From positions 1-49,731 of IMG/VR virus record IMGVR_UViG_3300012942_000061: a DNA stretch of 49,731 nt. One strand, written 5' to 3'. This stretch comes from a virus (lineage: Duplodnaviria > Caudoviricetes). Below are positions 9,510 to 18,406 of this stretch, piece after piece. The notes beneath the pieces are model-generated. The model worked only from the letters and a program-made list of their open reading frames with translations. It was not told the origin of the DNA and did not search any database. Both the position numbers and the translations under genes were made by a program. Position 1 is the stretch's first letter. Every line of letters starts with the position of its first letter.

Positions 9510-9952
9510 TTACTACTGAAACTTTTTACGGCCTAAAATGCGACCGCTGTGGAGAATTATTTGAAAATGGAGAATACTCCTTTTGGGCAGATGAAGATTG
9601 CGCTATGGAAAACGCCTTTGAGGAAGAATGGAATGAGTTAAACGGCCGCCATTATTGTCCCAACTGTCACGAAATTAACGAAGAAACGGACGAGATAAAA
9701 GTCTATGAAGAATACCCGAAGCATCTTAAAACTTTGAACGGGTTCATTGATAAGATACTTCATGGGTACAACAGGGGTGTTTGTGAATATCATGAGTATT
9801 TTTTGGTCAAATGCAAATTTCACGATAAGCAACGACTTGAAGAATTTGAAGCCAACTACATTAAAAGCCTTCTCGGAGATAAATTCATTTCGTTGGATTA
9901 TGAAATTTGGCAATACAATAATGCAACTTGTAGTATAAAATTCAACGTATAA
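9506..9952 (+). CDS. Hypothetical Zn-ribbon protein
   Basis: CDRC...HYCPNC. Confidence 0.65.
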   Translation: MITTETFYGLKCDRCGELFENGEYSFWADEDCAMENAFEEEWNELNGRHYCPNCHEINEETDEIKVYEEYPKHLKTLNGFIDKILHGYNRGVCEYHEYFLVKCKFHDKQRLEEFEANYIKSLLGDKFISLDYEIWQYNNATCSIKFNV

Positions 9953-10124
9953 TACCCGCCCGAAACAAAGGTAAGAACGAGTTAGAGGCACAAGGCGAGA
10001 ATTAAAGTCTTAATCGTAGCTCCGCTGTAAAATCGTGAGGGAACAGACAAACACCAACAGGCGTAAGCGAAAAGTGCCGACACCCCCTCGGGTAGGAATT
10101 ATTAACTATTAAACCACAATAACC

Positions 10125-10622
10125 ATGAGCAACATAAAATTAGAAGTCGGAAAATCGTACCGTACGAAATCAGGAGAAAAGGTAGATATAATTCTATTTG
10201 AACGCGATAGGAGTTGTCCGTTTGTCGCACAATATAGGGATGGATGTATTGGCCATTATTACGAAGATGGAAGTTATATGAGAACCTCAAAATCAGATTT
10301 AGACATTATCGCCGAATGGGAGGACGAACCCACTGAAATAGACATGACCGTTAGCCGTGAATATTTGGAAAGTAAGCCCGAATCCATCCTGCAAGAAGCG
10401 GAACGGCTCATCAATGGCGACAGGCGGGAAGAATATGGCGACGTAAAAGATTCATTCAATAACATAGCCGCCGGATGGTCGGTAAGCTTCGGCAAAGAAG
10501 TAACCGGCAAACAGGTTGCTTTAGCAATGGCATGGCTGAAAATATGCAGAGAGAACAATAAAAGTAAGCGTGATAATATCGTGGACATTGCCGGATATGC
10601 GGCGCTAATAGAAAAGTTATGA
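10125..10622 (+). CDS. Two-domain protein with C-terminal DUF6378-like (nucleotide-hydrolase-related) domain
   Basis: ILQEAERLINGDRREEYG...F..IA..W...LKICR...RDNIVDIAGYAA. Confidence 0.7.
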   Translation: MSNIKLEVGKSYRTKSGEKVDIILFERDRSCPFVAQYRDGCIGHYYEDGSYMRTSKSDLDIIAEWEDEPTEIDMTVSREYLESKPESILQEAERLINGDRREEYGDVKDSFNNIAAGWSVSFGKEVTGKQVALAMAWLKICRENNKSKRDNIVDIAGYAALIEKL

Positions 10623-11113
10623 CCGAATTATTAAAAAACAAAATCATTCTTGATTGTTGCTGCGGCAGCAGGATGTTTTGGTTTGATAAGTCAAATCCCG
10701 CCGTTCTGTTCGCTGATGTTAGAGAATTGGAAACGGAATTGTGCGATGGCCGCACACTGAGCGTTAAGCCAGATATAATCGCTGATTTCAGGAAAATGCC
10801 ATTCCCGGACAACACTTTCAAAATGGTTGTCTTTGACCCTCCACATCTTAAAAAGTTAGGAAAAGACACATGGATGGCGCAAAAGTATGGCGTATTGCTC
10901 CCGTCATGGGAAGAAGATATTAAAGAGGGATTTAGTGAATGTATGCGGGTATTACAGCCTTTTGGGACGCTAATTTTCAAATGGAATGAAGTACAAATAA
11001 CCACTGCTAAGATTTTAAAAGTAATAGGTGTCGAGCCGCTATTTGGACATCCAAGCGGGAAACACGGCAAAACTAAGTGGATGGCATTCATGAAAGGAGT
11101 AACAAACAAATAA
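10619..11113 (+). CDS. SAM-dependent (amino-type) DNA methyltransferase
   Basis: ILDCCCGSRMFWFDK, FDPPH and GTLIFKWNE. Confidence 0.85.
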   Translation: MTELLKNKIILDCCCGSRMFWFDKSNPAVLFADVRELETELCDGRTLSVKPDIIADFRKMPFPDNTFKMVVFDPPHLKKLGKDTWMAQKYGVLLPSWEEDIKEGFSECMRVLQPFGTLIFKWNEVQITTAKILKVIGVEPLFGHPSGKHGKTKWMAFMKGVTNK

Positions 11114-11116
11114 CCT

Positions 11117-11419
11117 ATGACAACTCTACTCAAAAAACACAAATCACCCCGCTGTTTCATCAAAATCTGGCAGCTCGAAAACGGGATTATGTGCTATCAT
11201 TTTTCAGCGGACTACTGCGAATTTGAGGAGCATTTTCCGCAAGGAACGGAATTAAAAGCCGTCGCATCCCGGGCGCTGGTAAAGGTAAATGATTGGATTC
11301 AGCAGGAACAAGTGCGCAATCATATAGAGGCAGAAATGTCAAGGAAATATAACGAGTTCACATCACTGCCGGCACTCATTTGGATAAAAGAAAAGCTGGA
11401 GGAAACATGCAAGAACTAA
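11117..11419 (+). CDS. Hypothetical protein
   Basis: ORF track; operon packing. Confidence 0.55.
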   Translation: MTTLLKKHKSPRCFIKIWQLENGIMCYHFSADYCEFEEHFPQGTELKAVASRALVKVNDWIQQEQVRNHIEAEMSRKYNEFTSLPALIWIKEKLEETCKN

Positions 11420-11529
11420 TACAAATAACCGCCGTGCTGTCCGGGTTCTACTTAGTGGCTATGCTGGCTTCAACGGCAATATTGAAATGCGAAAAATTAA
11501 TTACTAAACTAAAAAACAAAAAACGATGA
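11407..11529 (+). CDS. Small membrane protein
   Basis: Manual translation MQELIQITAVLSGFYLVAMLASTAILKCEKLITKLKNKKR*; overlaps both neighbours. Confidence 0.45.
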   Translation: MQELIQITAVLSGFYLVAMLASTAILKCEKLITKLKNKKR

Positions 11530-11894
11530 AAGAAATTAAATTCAGAGGACGTAAAGAACATAGTAAGGAATGGGTATATGGCAACCTTGTTCAGTTCGAT
11601 TGGGCTGACTTTATTGTCAAATATGGTTCATTTGAGGAACGTTGGCGAGTTATCCCCGAATCAGTCGGTCAATATACCGGACGAAAAGACAAAAATGGTG
11701 TAGAGATTTACGAGGGCGACATATTAAAAACGTATCCTATTATTTCGTCAGATGGTATAGGAGATGATTCCTTCAATGTTGAGGTAAAATGGTCAGGTAG
11801 CTGCTTTGTCGCTAATGGCGTGCTCGGGGCGTTACAGGCTGAAATATCAGAGGTTATCGGCAACATTTATCAAAATCCAGGATTATTAAACTAA
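11526..11894 (+). CDS. YopX-family protein
   Basis: EIKFRG, WVYG, GQYTGRKDKNGVEIYEGDIL and EVIGNIYQNP. Confidence 0.9.
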   Translation: MKEIKFRGRKEHSKEWVYGNLVQFDWADFIVKYGSFEERWRVIPESVGQYTGRKDKNGVEIYEGDILKTYPIISSDGIGDDSFNVEVKWSGSCFVANGVLGALQAEISEVIGNIYQNPGLLN

Positions 11895-11907
11895 AAAGGA
11901 GGAATAA

Positions 11908-12144
11908 ATGAAAACAGCCGAACAGATAGCAATTGAATTTGGATTATGCACTTGCGATGAGGCATATACTAAAAGGAAACTAACAGCTCCTGATTGCCCA
12001 ATGCACGGGTATGGTGTTGTTGAAGCAATGCAGGAATACGCCAAAGAAGCCCTGAAAGATGCGGCTGAAAGAACAAATAAAAGAGAATACCAGTCAGGCA
12101 TTCATAAACAATTAGTACTTAACCTTATAAACGAACTAAAATAG
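11908..12144 (+). CDS. Hypothetical protein
   Basis: ORF track; CTC...DCPMH. Confidence 0.55.
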   Translation: MKTAEQIAIEFGLCTCDEAYTKRKLTAPDCPMHGYGVVEAMQEYAKEALKDAAERTNKREYQSGIHKQLVLNLINELK

Positions 12145-12150
12145 CACGTC

Positions 12151-12591
12151 ATGGCAAAGGAATTTATCAAACAAGGGTTAACTCCGACAGAATATAGGAT
12201 AATTCATAGTAAATTAAATATTTTAAATAATAAATTAGGTAAATGTTTTCTGTGTGGATGTAATAATAAAAAGACGGAGTGGGCTTTAATTGCAGGAAGA
12301 AAATACACCCAAAATATAGAAGATTATATGGAATTGTGTAGAAGTTGCCATAGAAAGTATGATTGGCGGGACAGGAAATATGATAAACAAGCACTTAAAA
12401 AAATGAGCATTGCAGCTAAAAAAAGAACAGGGTCATTAAACAGTGTGTCCAAACTTTTAATAAATATTGAAAATGGTATATTTTATGAATCTATTACCGA
12501 AGCCTCTAAAGCATACGGGATAAGCACCTCCATGTTGAGCTTTAAATTATCAGGAAAATTTAAAAATAATACCCCTCTTAGATACGCATGA
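12151..12591 (+). CDS. Free-standing HNH-type homing endonuclease with NUMOD3/NUMOD1-like DNA-binding modules
   Basis: CFLC...LCRSCHRKYD, KKMSIAAK and FYESITEASKAYGI; low GC. Confidence 0.75.
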   Translation: MAKEFIKQGLTPTEYRIIHSKLNILNNKLGKCFLCGCNNKKTEWALIAGRKYTQNIEDYMELCRSCHRKYDWRDRKYDKQALKKMSIAAKKRTGSLNSVSKLLINIENGIFYESITEASKAYGISTSMLSFKLSGKFKNNTPLRYA

Positions 12592-12665
12592 TACAAAATA
12601 ATACAAGTAACTAAACTGAGGATAACAAGCTTTGTAAAATATATTAATATTTAAGAAATAATAAA

Positions 12666-13073
12666 ATGATTACACAAAAAGAAAAAGAACAAATATTCGC
12701 CCTTTATTGGGGACAATTAGTGATAGCTGCCAAAGATGGAAAAGTTACCGAAGGCACTTATATATGGAATCCGTATTATCATAATATGAATAATGTTTGC
12801 TTACTACTCAAACCTCTTTCAGCGATTTCAGATGAGGATGCAATGAAAGTGGCGAAGATGGATAGAGAAATTGAAAATGAACAATTTGGAGCTCTTGAGA
12901 CGAGAGAGCAGATTACAGTAGAAGAAGTAAGAATTAACGTTACGGAGTTTGTGCAACTATTCCAATTTCCAATTGTTGACTACCTCCGTTCACGTGGTTA
13001 TGCTGTACCCTATATGAATCATTCCGTTGATGAGTTGGTAAATGAGGGTATTTTTAAATTGGTTGAGCCATGA
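12666..13073 (+). CDS. Hypothetical phage protein
   Basis: LLLKPLSAISDEDA...DYLRSRGYAVPY. Confidence 0.65.
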   Translation: MITQKEKEQIFALYWGQLVIAAKDGKVTEGTYIWNPYYHNMNNVCLLLKPLSAISDEDAMKVAKMDREIENEQFGALETREQITVEEVRINVTEFVQLFQFPIVDYLRSRGYAVPYMNHSVDELVNEGIFKLVEP

Positions 13074-13195
13074 CAGATACACAATTAGATATATTCCTTA
13101 GGGCGCTAATTGTGATTTATGCGCTTTCGGTGATTACTTTATTAATAGTCAGTATTGTTAGTATTATATGCTGGATTAAAGATAAATTAAAATGA
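13070..13195 (+). CDS. Small single-pass membrane protein
   Basis: Manual translation MTDTQLDIFLRALIVIYALSVITLLIVSIVSIICWIKDKLK*; ATGA overlaps on both sides. Confidence 0.6.
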   Translation: MTDTQLDIFLRALIVIYALSVITLLIVSIVSIICWIKDKLK

Positions 13196-13377
13196 CAGCA
13201 AAACAGGCAATAACCATCCTCAAAAAGCACAACCGCTGGCGCAGAGGTGGGAAAGGAAAACAACAAGACCCGAAGCTAATCGGAGAAGCCATTGAGGTGT
13301 GTGTTCAATTAACGGAATGGCTTGCTAAAGAACAGCGATTAAAAAGGTATCAAATACACTTAAACGATAAACCATGA
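13192..13377 (+). CDS. Hypothetical protein
   Basis: AITILKKHNRWRRG...PKLIGEAI. Confidence 0.65.
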   Translation: MTAKQAITILKKHNRWRRGGKGKQQDPKLIGEAIEVCVQLTEWLAKEQRLKRYQIHLNDKP

Positions 13378-13598
13378 TTAAAAACAACGGAAACTATGCC
13401 ATTTGGATACCGGATAAGTCGGTAATTGACCTTGAAAAAAGGAATGAATTACTCGTAAAACGTCTTAAATGGTTACATGAACAGTTATACTGTACGAGGG
13501 AACTATTAGAGCATTCAGAATCAGAACGGCAAAGACTTAAAGAAAAATCCGACAGGCTTAGAAAAGAATTGTATCAGCTTAAAAATAAAAAATCATGA
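13374..13598 (+). CDS. Hypothetical coiled-coil protein
   Basis: ORF track; ATGA overlaps. Confidence 0.55.
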   Translation: MIKNNGNYAIWIPDKSVIDLEKRNELLVKRLKWLHEQLYCTRELLEHSESERQRLKEKSDRLRKELYQLKNKKS

Positions 13599-13921
13599 AC
13601 AACGAATTTGAGTTTAAAGGAACAAAGGGAACTTTTGAAGATGGCCATACCGGCTGGAAAATGCACAAAACTCCAAACGCATATGGAGGGACAAAACATA
13701 GTTACGAAATACATTGGTCAGATGATGGAGAATGTGTTGCAGAATTTGTGCATGAAAGGGCGGATGCTAAGGCGATAGAAAAAGTTCCTGAACTACTTAG
13801 GACACTGAACAGGCTATTATCAGCCTTAGACGAAGTAGAACTACGCCCTGACACACAGGAGATAATAGTGCCAATAATGGCCGATGCTGATAACCTTTTA
13901 AAAGAATGTACAGAAATATGA
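13595..13921 (+). CDS. Hypothetical protein
   Basis: EFKGTKG...ADAKAIEKVPELL pattern typical of phage early genes. Confidence 0.65.
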   Translation: MNNEFEFKGTKGTFEDGHTGWKMHKTPNAYGGTKHSYEIHWSDDGECVAEFVHERADAKAIEKVPELLRTLNRLLSALDEVELRPDTQEIIVPIMADADNLLKECTEI

Positions 13922-14394
13922 AGCACAAAATAATTTTAACGAGCCATGCGGAAATTCTTGTTGTAGAACTGCCGGAAGATGCACACAATTTTAGGATGGT
14001 TAACGGAAATCTCTGTTATGATTGTCTAATAGCTCCTGAACCTTTCACAATTCCTGAAGGCGATTGGCAACCACTAAACTTTCTGGGTAAAATTTCAGAG
14101 GAACAAGCTCAGAGATTGGTGGATAAAGAGGGAAACAGGTATTATGATTATGAGGGAAACACCTTTTTGTATAAAGATACTGTTTTTAAAGATGCTGCCC
14201 TTCAATCCCTTCATTCACTTATTGAGGCTAATGTCTTAATGAAGAATCCATTTGGAGATAAAGAACCTGAATTTGAGGACACCGGGGATATTGAAGGCGA
14301 TTACAATTATTGGGCAAACAAGGTCACAGAATGGCAAGAAGCCGAAGATTCAGTATTCCACAATCCACACTACTTTTTTAAACTGAAATATTAA
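13918..14394 (+). CDS. Hypothetical protein
   Basis: Track ORF 13906..14394; probable start at the ATGA overlap at 13918. Confidence 0.6.
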   Translation: MKHKIILTSHAEILVVELPEDAHNFRMVNGNLCYDCLIAPEPFTIPEGDWQPLNFLGKISEEQAQRLVDKEGNRYYDYEGNTFLYKDTVFKDAALQSLHSLIEANVLMKNPFGDKEPEFEDTGDIEGDYNYWANKVTEWQEAEDSVFHNPHYFFKLKY

Positions 14395-14466
14395 TGAGAA
14401 CAATGTAAGAACTGGAAGGGTAAATGCCCAAATTAAAAATTTTGACCATTTTTTCTTTAAACACAT

Positions 14467-14835
14467 TTGGACACCGTTATCACAAAACCCAAACCTATGA
14501 CCATTATATCCCCCTACTCTTTCCCCGGTATTGCACGTAAAAATGAAATAACCATTGATGAAATCATTGACGTGGCTTTCCCGAACGAAAAAGATCTTGT
14601 AATGAGCAAATCAAGAAAGTCAGAAATAATCATCAAACGTCAAATTGTGATGTACCTATCCCGCCATGCCTCCCACAAGACATACACCGAAATATCAACT
14701 TATTTCGGTACAGTCCACCAAACGATAATGAGTAACTGTAAACTTGTTCAGAATTATATAGACACAGAAGATGGTTTCCGTGCTAATATAGCAGAACTAA
14801 CCGATAAAGTGAAGGTAAAAACGTTATTGGGTTAA
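14467..14835 (+). CDS. Second DnaA C-terminal HTH-like protein
   Basis: SKSRKSEIIIKRQIVMYLSR...ISTYFGTVHQTIMS; paralog of 2473..2805. Confidence 0.75.
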   Translation: MDTVITKPKPMTIISPYSFPGIARKNEITIDEIIDVAFPNEKDLVMSKSRKSEIIIKRQIVMYLSRHASHKTYTEISTYFGTVHQTIMSNCKLVQNYIDTEDGFRANIAELTDKVKVKTLLG

Positions 14836-15293
14836 TATTTACCTTTAAAGTATAAATCCGCCTCTGCTTTTCTCCTCCGTTTTAGCCCGTTCAGAACCTT
14901 ACCCCCCGAAGTAATGGCCAAATTCTGCCAATATTCGGGGGTTATTGTTTGATTGGTTGCCAGTTTCCAAATATTGTATAGTCGCCATTGCCCACCCGAT
15001 TTGTAGGACGTACCGGCGTTGTAGCGGAAAGAAACAAGTGCATCAAATTCAGATTGAGATAAGTGCCGTTTAACCAATCTTTCAACGTCCATTCCAAACG
15101 CTTTAAGGTCGTACTTAAACCATGAAGCGGCTTGCTCATATGTGCAGGTATCGCCCTCTTTTATGCGGCTACCGTTGGGGTATCTGGTTGTACCAAAGCC
15201 AATCGTCCATATACCACCTGAATCCCGATAGGCTTTATCCCTGAACGATTCCCAGTCTGCTATAAATTCAATTCCTTGTTTGCTTATTTCCAT
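14832..15293 (-). CDS. Endolysin, GH24 phage lysozyme
   Basis: WESFRDKAYRDSGGIWTIGFG (E-x8-D-x5-T), FDALVSF.YN.G and GLKRRRKAE. Confidence 0.93.
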   Translation of the reverse strand: MEISKQGIEFIADWESFRDKAYRDSGGIWTIGFGTTRYPNGSRIKEGDTCTYEQAASWFKYDLKAFGMDVERLVKRHLSQSEFDALVSFRYNAGTSYKSGGQWRLYNIWKLATNQTITPEYWQNLAITSGGKVLNGLKRRRKAEADLYFKGKY

Positions 15294-15368
15294 ATTATTT
15301 ACAATAAGGCCATTCGTTATTTTACTTTTCTGCCAAAATTTAAAATAAGGGGTACTGTCTTTTACCTC

Positions 15369-15872
15369 TTATTTAATCCTTACAAATAATCCAATTATTA
15401 CTGCCAAAACAATGGCCAACACATAGCCCAAAATCGCCCAAAATTGCCACGTTGATAATCTCCCTTGCAGTGTATTATTTTCGTCCGTCAGGCGGCTATT
15501 GTCACTGTGCAATAATGCTTTGCCGGATGTATCGACCATGTTCACGACAATTGTGTCGGGAACATGCACTTTTACCGGTATTCTTTTTACTACCTGCCAA
15601 CTAAATGTATCTGTTGTGGTAACTGTATCGCAATCTAAAGTGATAGTTTGCGTATCGACCTGAATGCCTCCCGGAATGACAACCGTGTCCGTTATCGCCT
15701 TGATATCGCAATACCGCAACAGTAATTCCGGGTGTTTGTATTCCAACCTCGCCAATTGCTTCCGAGGGCTGCAAGACGATGCTAAGGCAATGATGATCAC
15801 AATAAGCACCGCCCAAGATAAGATGAGCAGCCAGATGTCATTTTTATGCTCTTTATTAGGTTTTTCAGTCAT
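15369..15872 (-). CDS. Putative unimolecular spanin (lipoprotein signal plus C-terminal TM)
   Basis: Hydrophobic N-terminus ending in LASSC; C-terminal WQFWAILGYVLAIVLAVIIGLFV; adjacent to the lysozyme. Confidence 0.65.
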   Translation of the reverse strand: MTEKPNKEHKNDIWLLILSWAVLIVIIIALASSCSPRKQLARLEYKHPELLLRYCDIKAITDTVVIPGGIQVDTQTITLDCDTVTTTDTFSWQVVKRIPVKVHVPDTIVVNMVDTSGKALLHSDNSRLTDENNTLQGRLSTWQFWAILGYVLAIVLAVIIGLFVRIK

Positions 15873-15893
15873 TTTTTATATTTTGTCGCCCAA

Positions 15894-16295
15894 ATGGGAG
15901 ATTTTCTAAATTCACTAATCAATTTACTTTCTAATCGGGATGTCAAAAACAGCCGTAAGGCTATTGGTTTTATTGTTGTCATTTTGGCCTTAATTTTCTT
16001 AAACGACACTTTCGGTTTCTCAAGATTCTATTATGAATCTAACCGTTTAAAAATCCTTTCGGACATTTCCACCATATTAGAGAATGACAGCCTCAACCCA
16101 GCGGTAGCGAAACAATTACAGGCGGAGCAATTGGAAATTTCCAAAATGCAACCAATTTACTTGTCCCTTTCCCGCCATCTTCGCCCAATTAATAACAATC
16201 TGTTTGAGATATTGATTGGCAAATTCCCTATTGCTCATTTTTTTAAAATCCTTTGCCATAAGTTTTTATGTTCTTCAATACAAGTATCAATGTAA
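15894..16295 (+). CDS. Opposite-strand membrane protein inside the lysis cassette, possibly truncated
   Basis: MGDFLNSLINLL...AIGFIVVILALIFLNDTFGFS; occupies a gap with only a short minus-strand ORF. Confidence 0.45.
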   Translation: MGDFLNSLINLLSNRDVKNSRKAIGFIVVILALIFLNDTFGFSRFYYESNRLKILSDISTILENDSLNPAVAKQLQAEQLEISKMQPIYLSLSRHLRPINNNLFEILIGKFPIAHFFKILCHKFLCSSIQVSM

Positions 16296-16651
16296 AGCGG
16301 CTGTACCAACATTTCAGGCTCTAAATCAAGCACAAAAAAGCCGTCATTATTATTTACTTTATGTTCCGTTACTTCGCCGTCTATTCGGGTGTAAACTGTG
16401 ATTTGGCGAGGAGTTGTACGGACATAATGATTGACCACTTTTATTTTAGGTTTCGCTTCCTGCTTTTTGGCGGCCAGTTCCTTGATAATTGCCGTCTTTT
16501 TATCCAGTTGTCTTTGCAACTGTTTTACTTTCGGTGTCAATGGCGGTACGCTATTTTGTTCGGTTTGCGCCCGTCCGTGTTGTGGCGGTATAGTTACAAG
16601 GTAAAGTGTAAGAGCCGCCATTAAAATCAATGTTATTAATACCTTTTTCAT
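16235..16651 (-). CDS. Membrane-anchored coiled-coil protein (i-spanin-like)
   Basis: N-terminal TM followed by VKQLQRQLDKKTAIIKEL. Confidence 0.5.
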   Translation of the reverse strand: MKKVLITLILMAALTLYLVTIPPQHGRAQTEQNSVPPLTPKVKQLQRQLDKKTAIIKELAAKKQEAKPKIKVVNHYVRTTPRQITVYTRIDGEVTEHKVNNNDGFFVLDLEPEMLVQPLYIDTCIEEHKNLWQRILKK

Positions 16652-16653
16652 GG

Positions 16654-16902
16654 TTATTTTTTGTTTTGAAGTGATTTAATAATGCTATCGCTTTCATGTA
16701 GTTTTTCCTGTAAATCGTGTAACATAATGCCGTTGTAATAATCTCTCATTGAATCTCTTTCGTCAGACCGCTCAATTATACATTTTGAATACTGATTTTC
16801 TTTTTTGAGGTATTGAGCCGCCAAAAAAGATATAGCACCAGCCATTAAGTACATGAGGTACATGACCACTTTCGGGATGGACATTTTGTTTTCTGATGCC
16901 AT
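16654..16902 (-). CDS. Single-TM lysis-associated protein (holin/antiholin-like)
   Basis: One TM segment plus a soluble tail; lysis context. Confidence 0.45.
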   Translation of the reverse strand: MASENKMSIPKVVMYLMYLMAGAISFLAAQYLKKENQYSKCIIERSDERDSMRDYYNGIMLHDLQEKLHESDSIIKSLQNKK

Positions 16903-16923
16903 ATCTTTTGATTGTTTTCATAG

Positions 16924-17178
16924 TTATTTGCCCTCGTTAATGTCCTTTTTTGCCAATTTAGCACCTAACATTGTGCCTACGGCTGCTGCAATACCAACTA
17001 CCCATGCAAAAGTATTATTAAACGTATCAGGCACGGCAAATAAATGATTTGCGGCTGCATAGGTCAGAAAGGCGGCAATGGCCGTAAGAATGCCAACAAC
17101 CCACTGAAATTTCTTAATTCTTTCAGGTGTTTTCCCGATAAATCCGGCAATAAGCTGGGCAATGATTGATTGTTTCAT
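16924..17178 (-). CDS. Putative holin (2 TM)
   Basis: KTPERIKK, two hydrophobic helices and a charged C-terminus. Confidence 0.7.
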   Translation of the reverse strand: MKQSIIAQLIAGFIGKTPERIKKFQWVVGILTAIAAFLTYAAANHLFAVPDTFNNTFAWVVGIAAAVGTMLGAKLAKKDINEGK

Positions 17179-17207
17179 TTTGATTCGTTTTAAAAGTTAT
17201 GAATAGT

Positions 17208-17972
17208 TTATTCTACTGTTTCAATTATCCAGAAATCGCTACAATATTCCCGATTGTTTATAAGTGACGCAGGGGCCGTGAAGTATCCGCCATCGCCCCA
17301 TGATTGTCCCCAGCTATTCCTTATCTTATACTCATCATGTATTAAGTCGTACCCTACGATTTGCACGGCATGACCGCCTAAACACTGTTCTCTTTCCGTA
17401 TCTGGGTTATAGACCCCGGTTTTTGCCACCGCCTCACTTTCAAGGCTTTCAAATACAAGCATTCCGAAACATATCGGATAACCCATAACTAATGCGGCGA
17501 CCACTTCATTTTTTGATTGTCCATTTACAGCTTTATAGGTGAGCGATTGACAGTTTAATGCCTGTTTGTAGCAGCATTCTTCCGGCTTTTTATACAAATT
17601 GCTTTCTAAATATTGCCATGCTGTTTCCCTGCATATCCCCTGGCTTTTGAGTGATTTTATACCATCTCGTATGTTGGCTCCCGAATCCTGTTCGACTGTA
17701 CCCTCTGCCGCACGCTCATTGTAATAGAGAAATAAACGAGAGGGCATAAATGTATGTCCAGACTTTGATCGCTTATTAAGCATATCAAAGTGAATTGCGG
17801 CCACCAGCGAATTGGCTGTGCAGGATCCCATTTCACCCTGGTCATAAACAGGAGGCATTTTCCAACTATCTCTTAAGTCCACACTTTTAAGTGCGCCCAA
17901 AAGAGGATTTGGCACGGAAAACATAATATCCCGTCTATCTTCTTTCTGTTTTATCCAACCGTACTTCCTCAT
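17208..17972 (-). CDS. Papain-family (C1A) cysteine peptidase
   Basis: SVDLR, DQGEMGSCTANS, GGHAV and IRNSWGQSWGDGGY; complete Q/C/H/N set. Confidence 0.92.
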   Translation of the reverse strand: MRKYGWIKQKEDRRDIMFSVPNPLLGALKSVDLRDSWKMPPVYDQGEMGSCTANSLVAAIHFDMLNKRSKSGHTFMPSRLFLYYNERAAEGTVEQDSGANIRDGIKSLKSQGICRETAWQYLESNLYKKPEECCYKQALNCQSLTYKAVNGQSKNEVVAALVMGYPICFGMLVFESLESEAVAKTGVYNPDTEREQCLGGHAVQIVGYDLIHDEYKIRNSWGQSWGDGGYFTAPASLINNREYCSDFWIIETVE

Positions 17973-17973
17973 T

Positions 17974-18375
17974 TTAATCCGTTAATTTTGATTTTGAATA
18001 AATGCTTTGCATATAGAGATCGTACTTGTTTTCCGGCAATTCCTTTTTGTCCTGAATGCCGATAAGCGCCGATGACATTTTCGCATAAATAGCATCGGCT
18101 GCTATTTTATTTTCTGAATTGCTGATATTGTCAATTGCTTTCAGAACTTCGAGTAAAAAGGAAAGGATTGCAATAGCCTCTGTGCGCAGGTTATCGTCCC
18201 ACTCGCCCGGGATGAGTTCGGTTATAATAATGGCTGTGCCATTATTTAATGCATCCTCTACCTTTTTAGTAATGCCGATGGCTGTTTCTGCATATTCTTT
18301 AATATGCGCAGGGATATTGTTGAATAGATCACTTAGCCAGTTAGCAAACTCCTGTAATTTTTCTAAGATTGTCAT
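17974..18375 (-). CDS. Hypothetical helical protein (probable start MTILEK)
   Basis: Track ORF 17974..18423; A-rich leader before the internal ATG. Confidence 0.55.
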   Translation of the reverse strand: MTILEKLQEFANWLSDLFNNIPAHIKEYAETAIGITKKVEDALNNGTAIIITELIPGEWDDNLRTEAIAILSFLLEVLKAIDNISNSENKIAADAIYAKMSSALIGIQDKKELPENKYDLYMQSIYSKSKLTD

Positions 18376-18406
18376 GTTTTTGTTTTTTATAGTGAATGAA
18401 TATGTT

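Noticed and set aside
10456-11163. 235-aa minus-strand ORF and similar antisense ORFs (1171-1701, 3578-4108, 40332-40850, 44717-45085)
   Set aside because: They shadow well-supported genes on the other strand and show no motifs.
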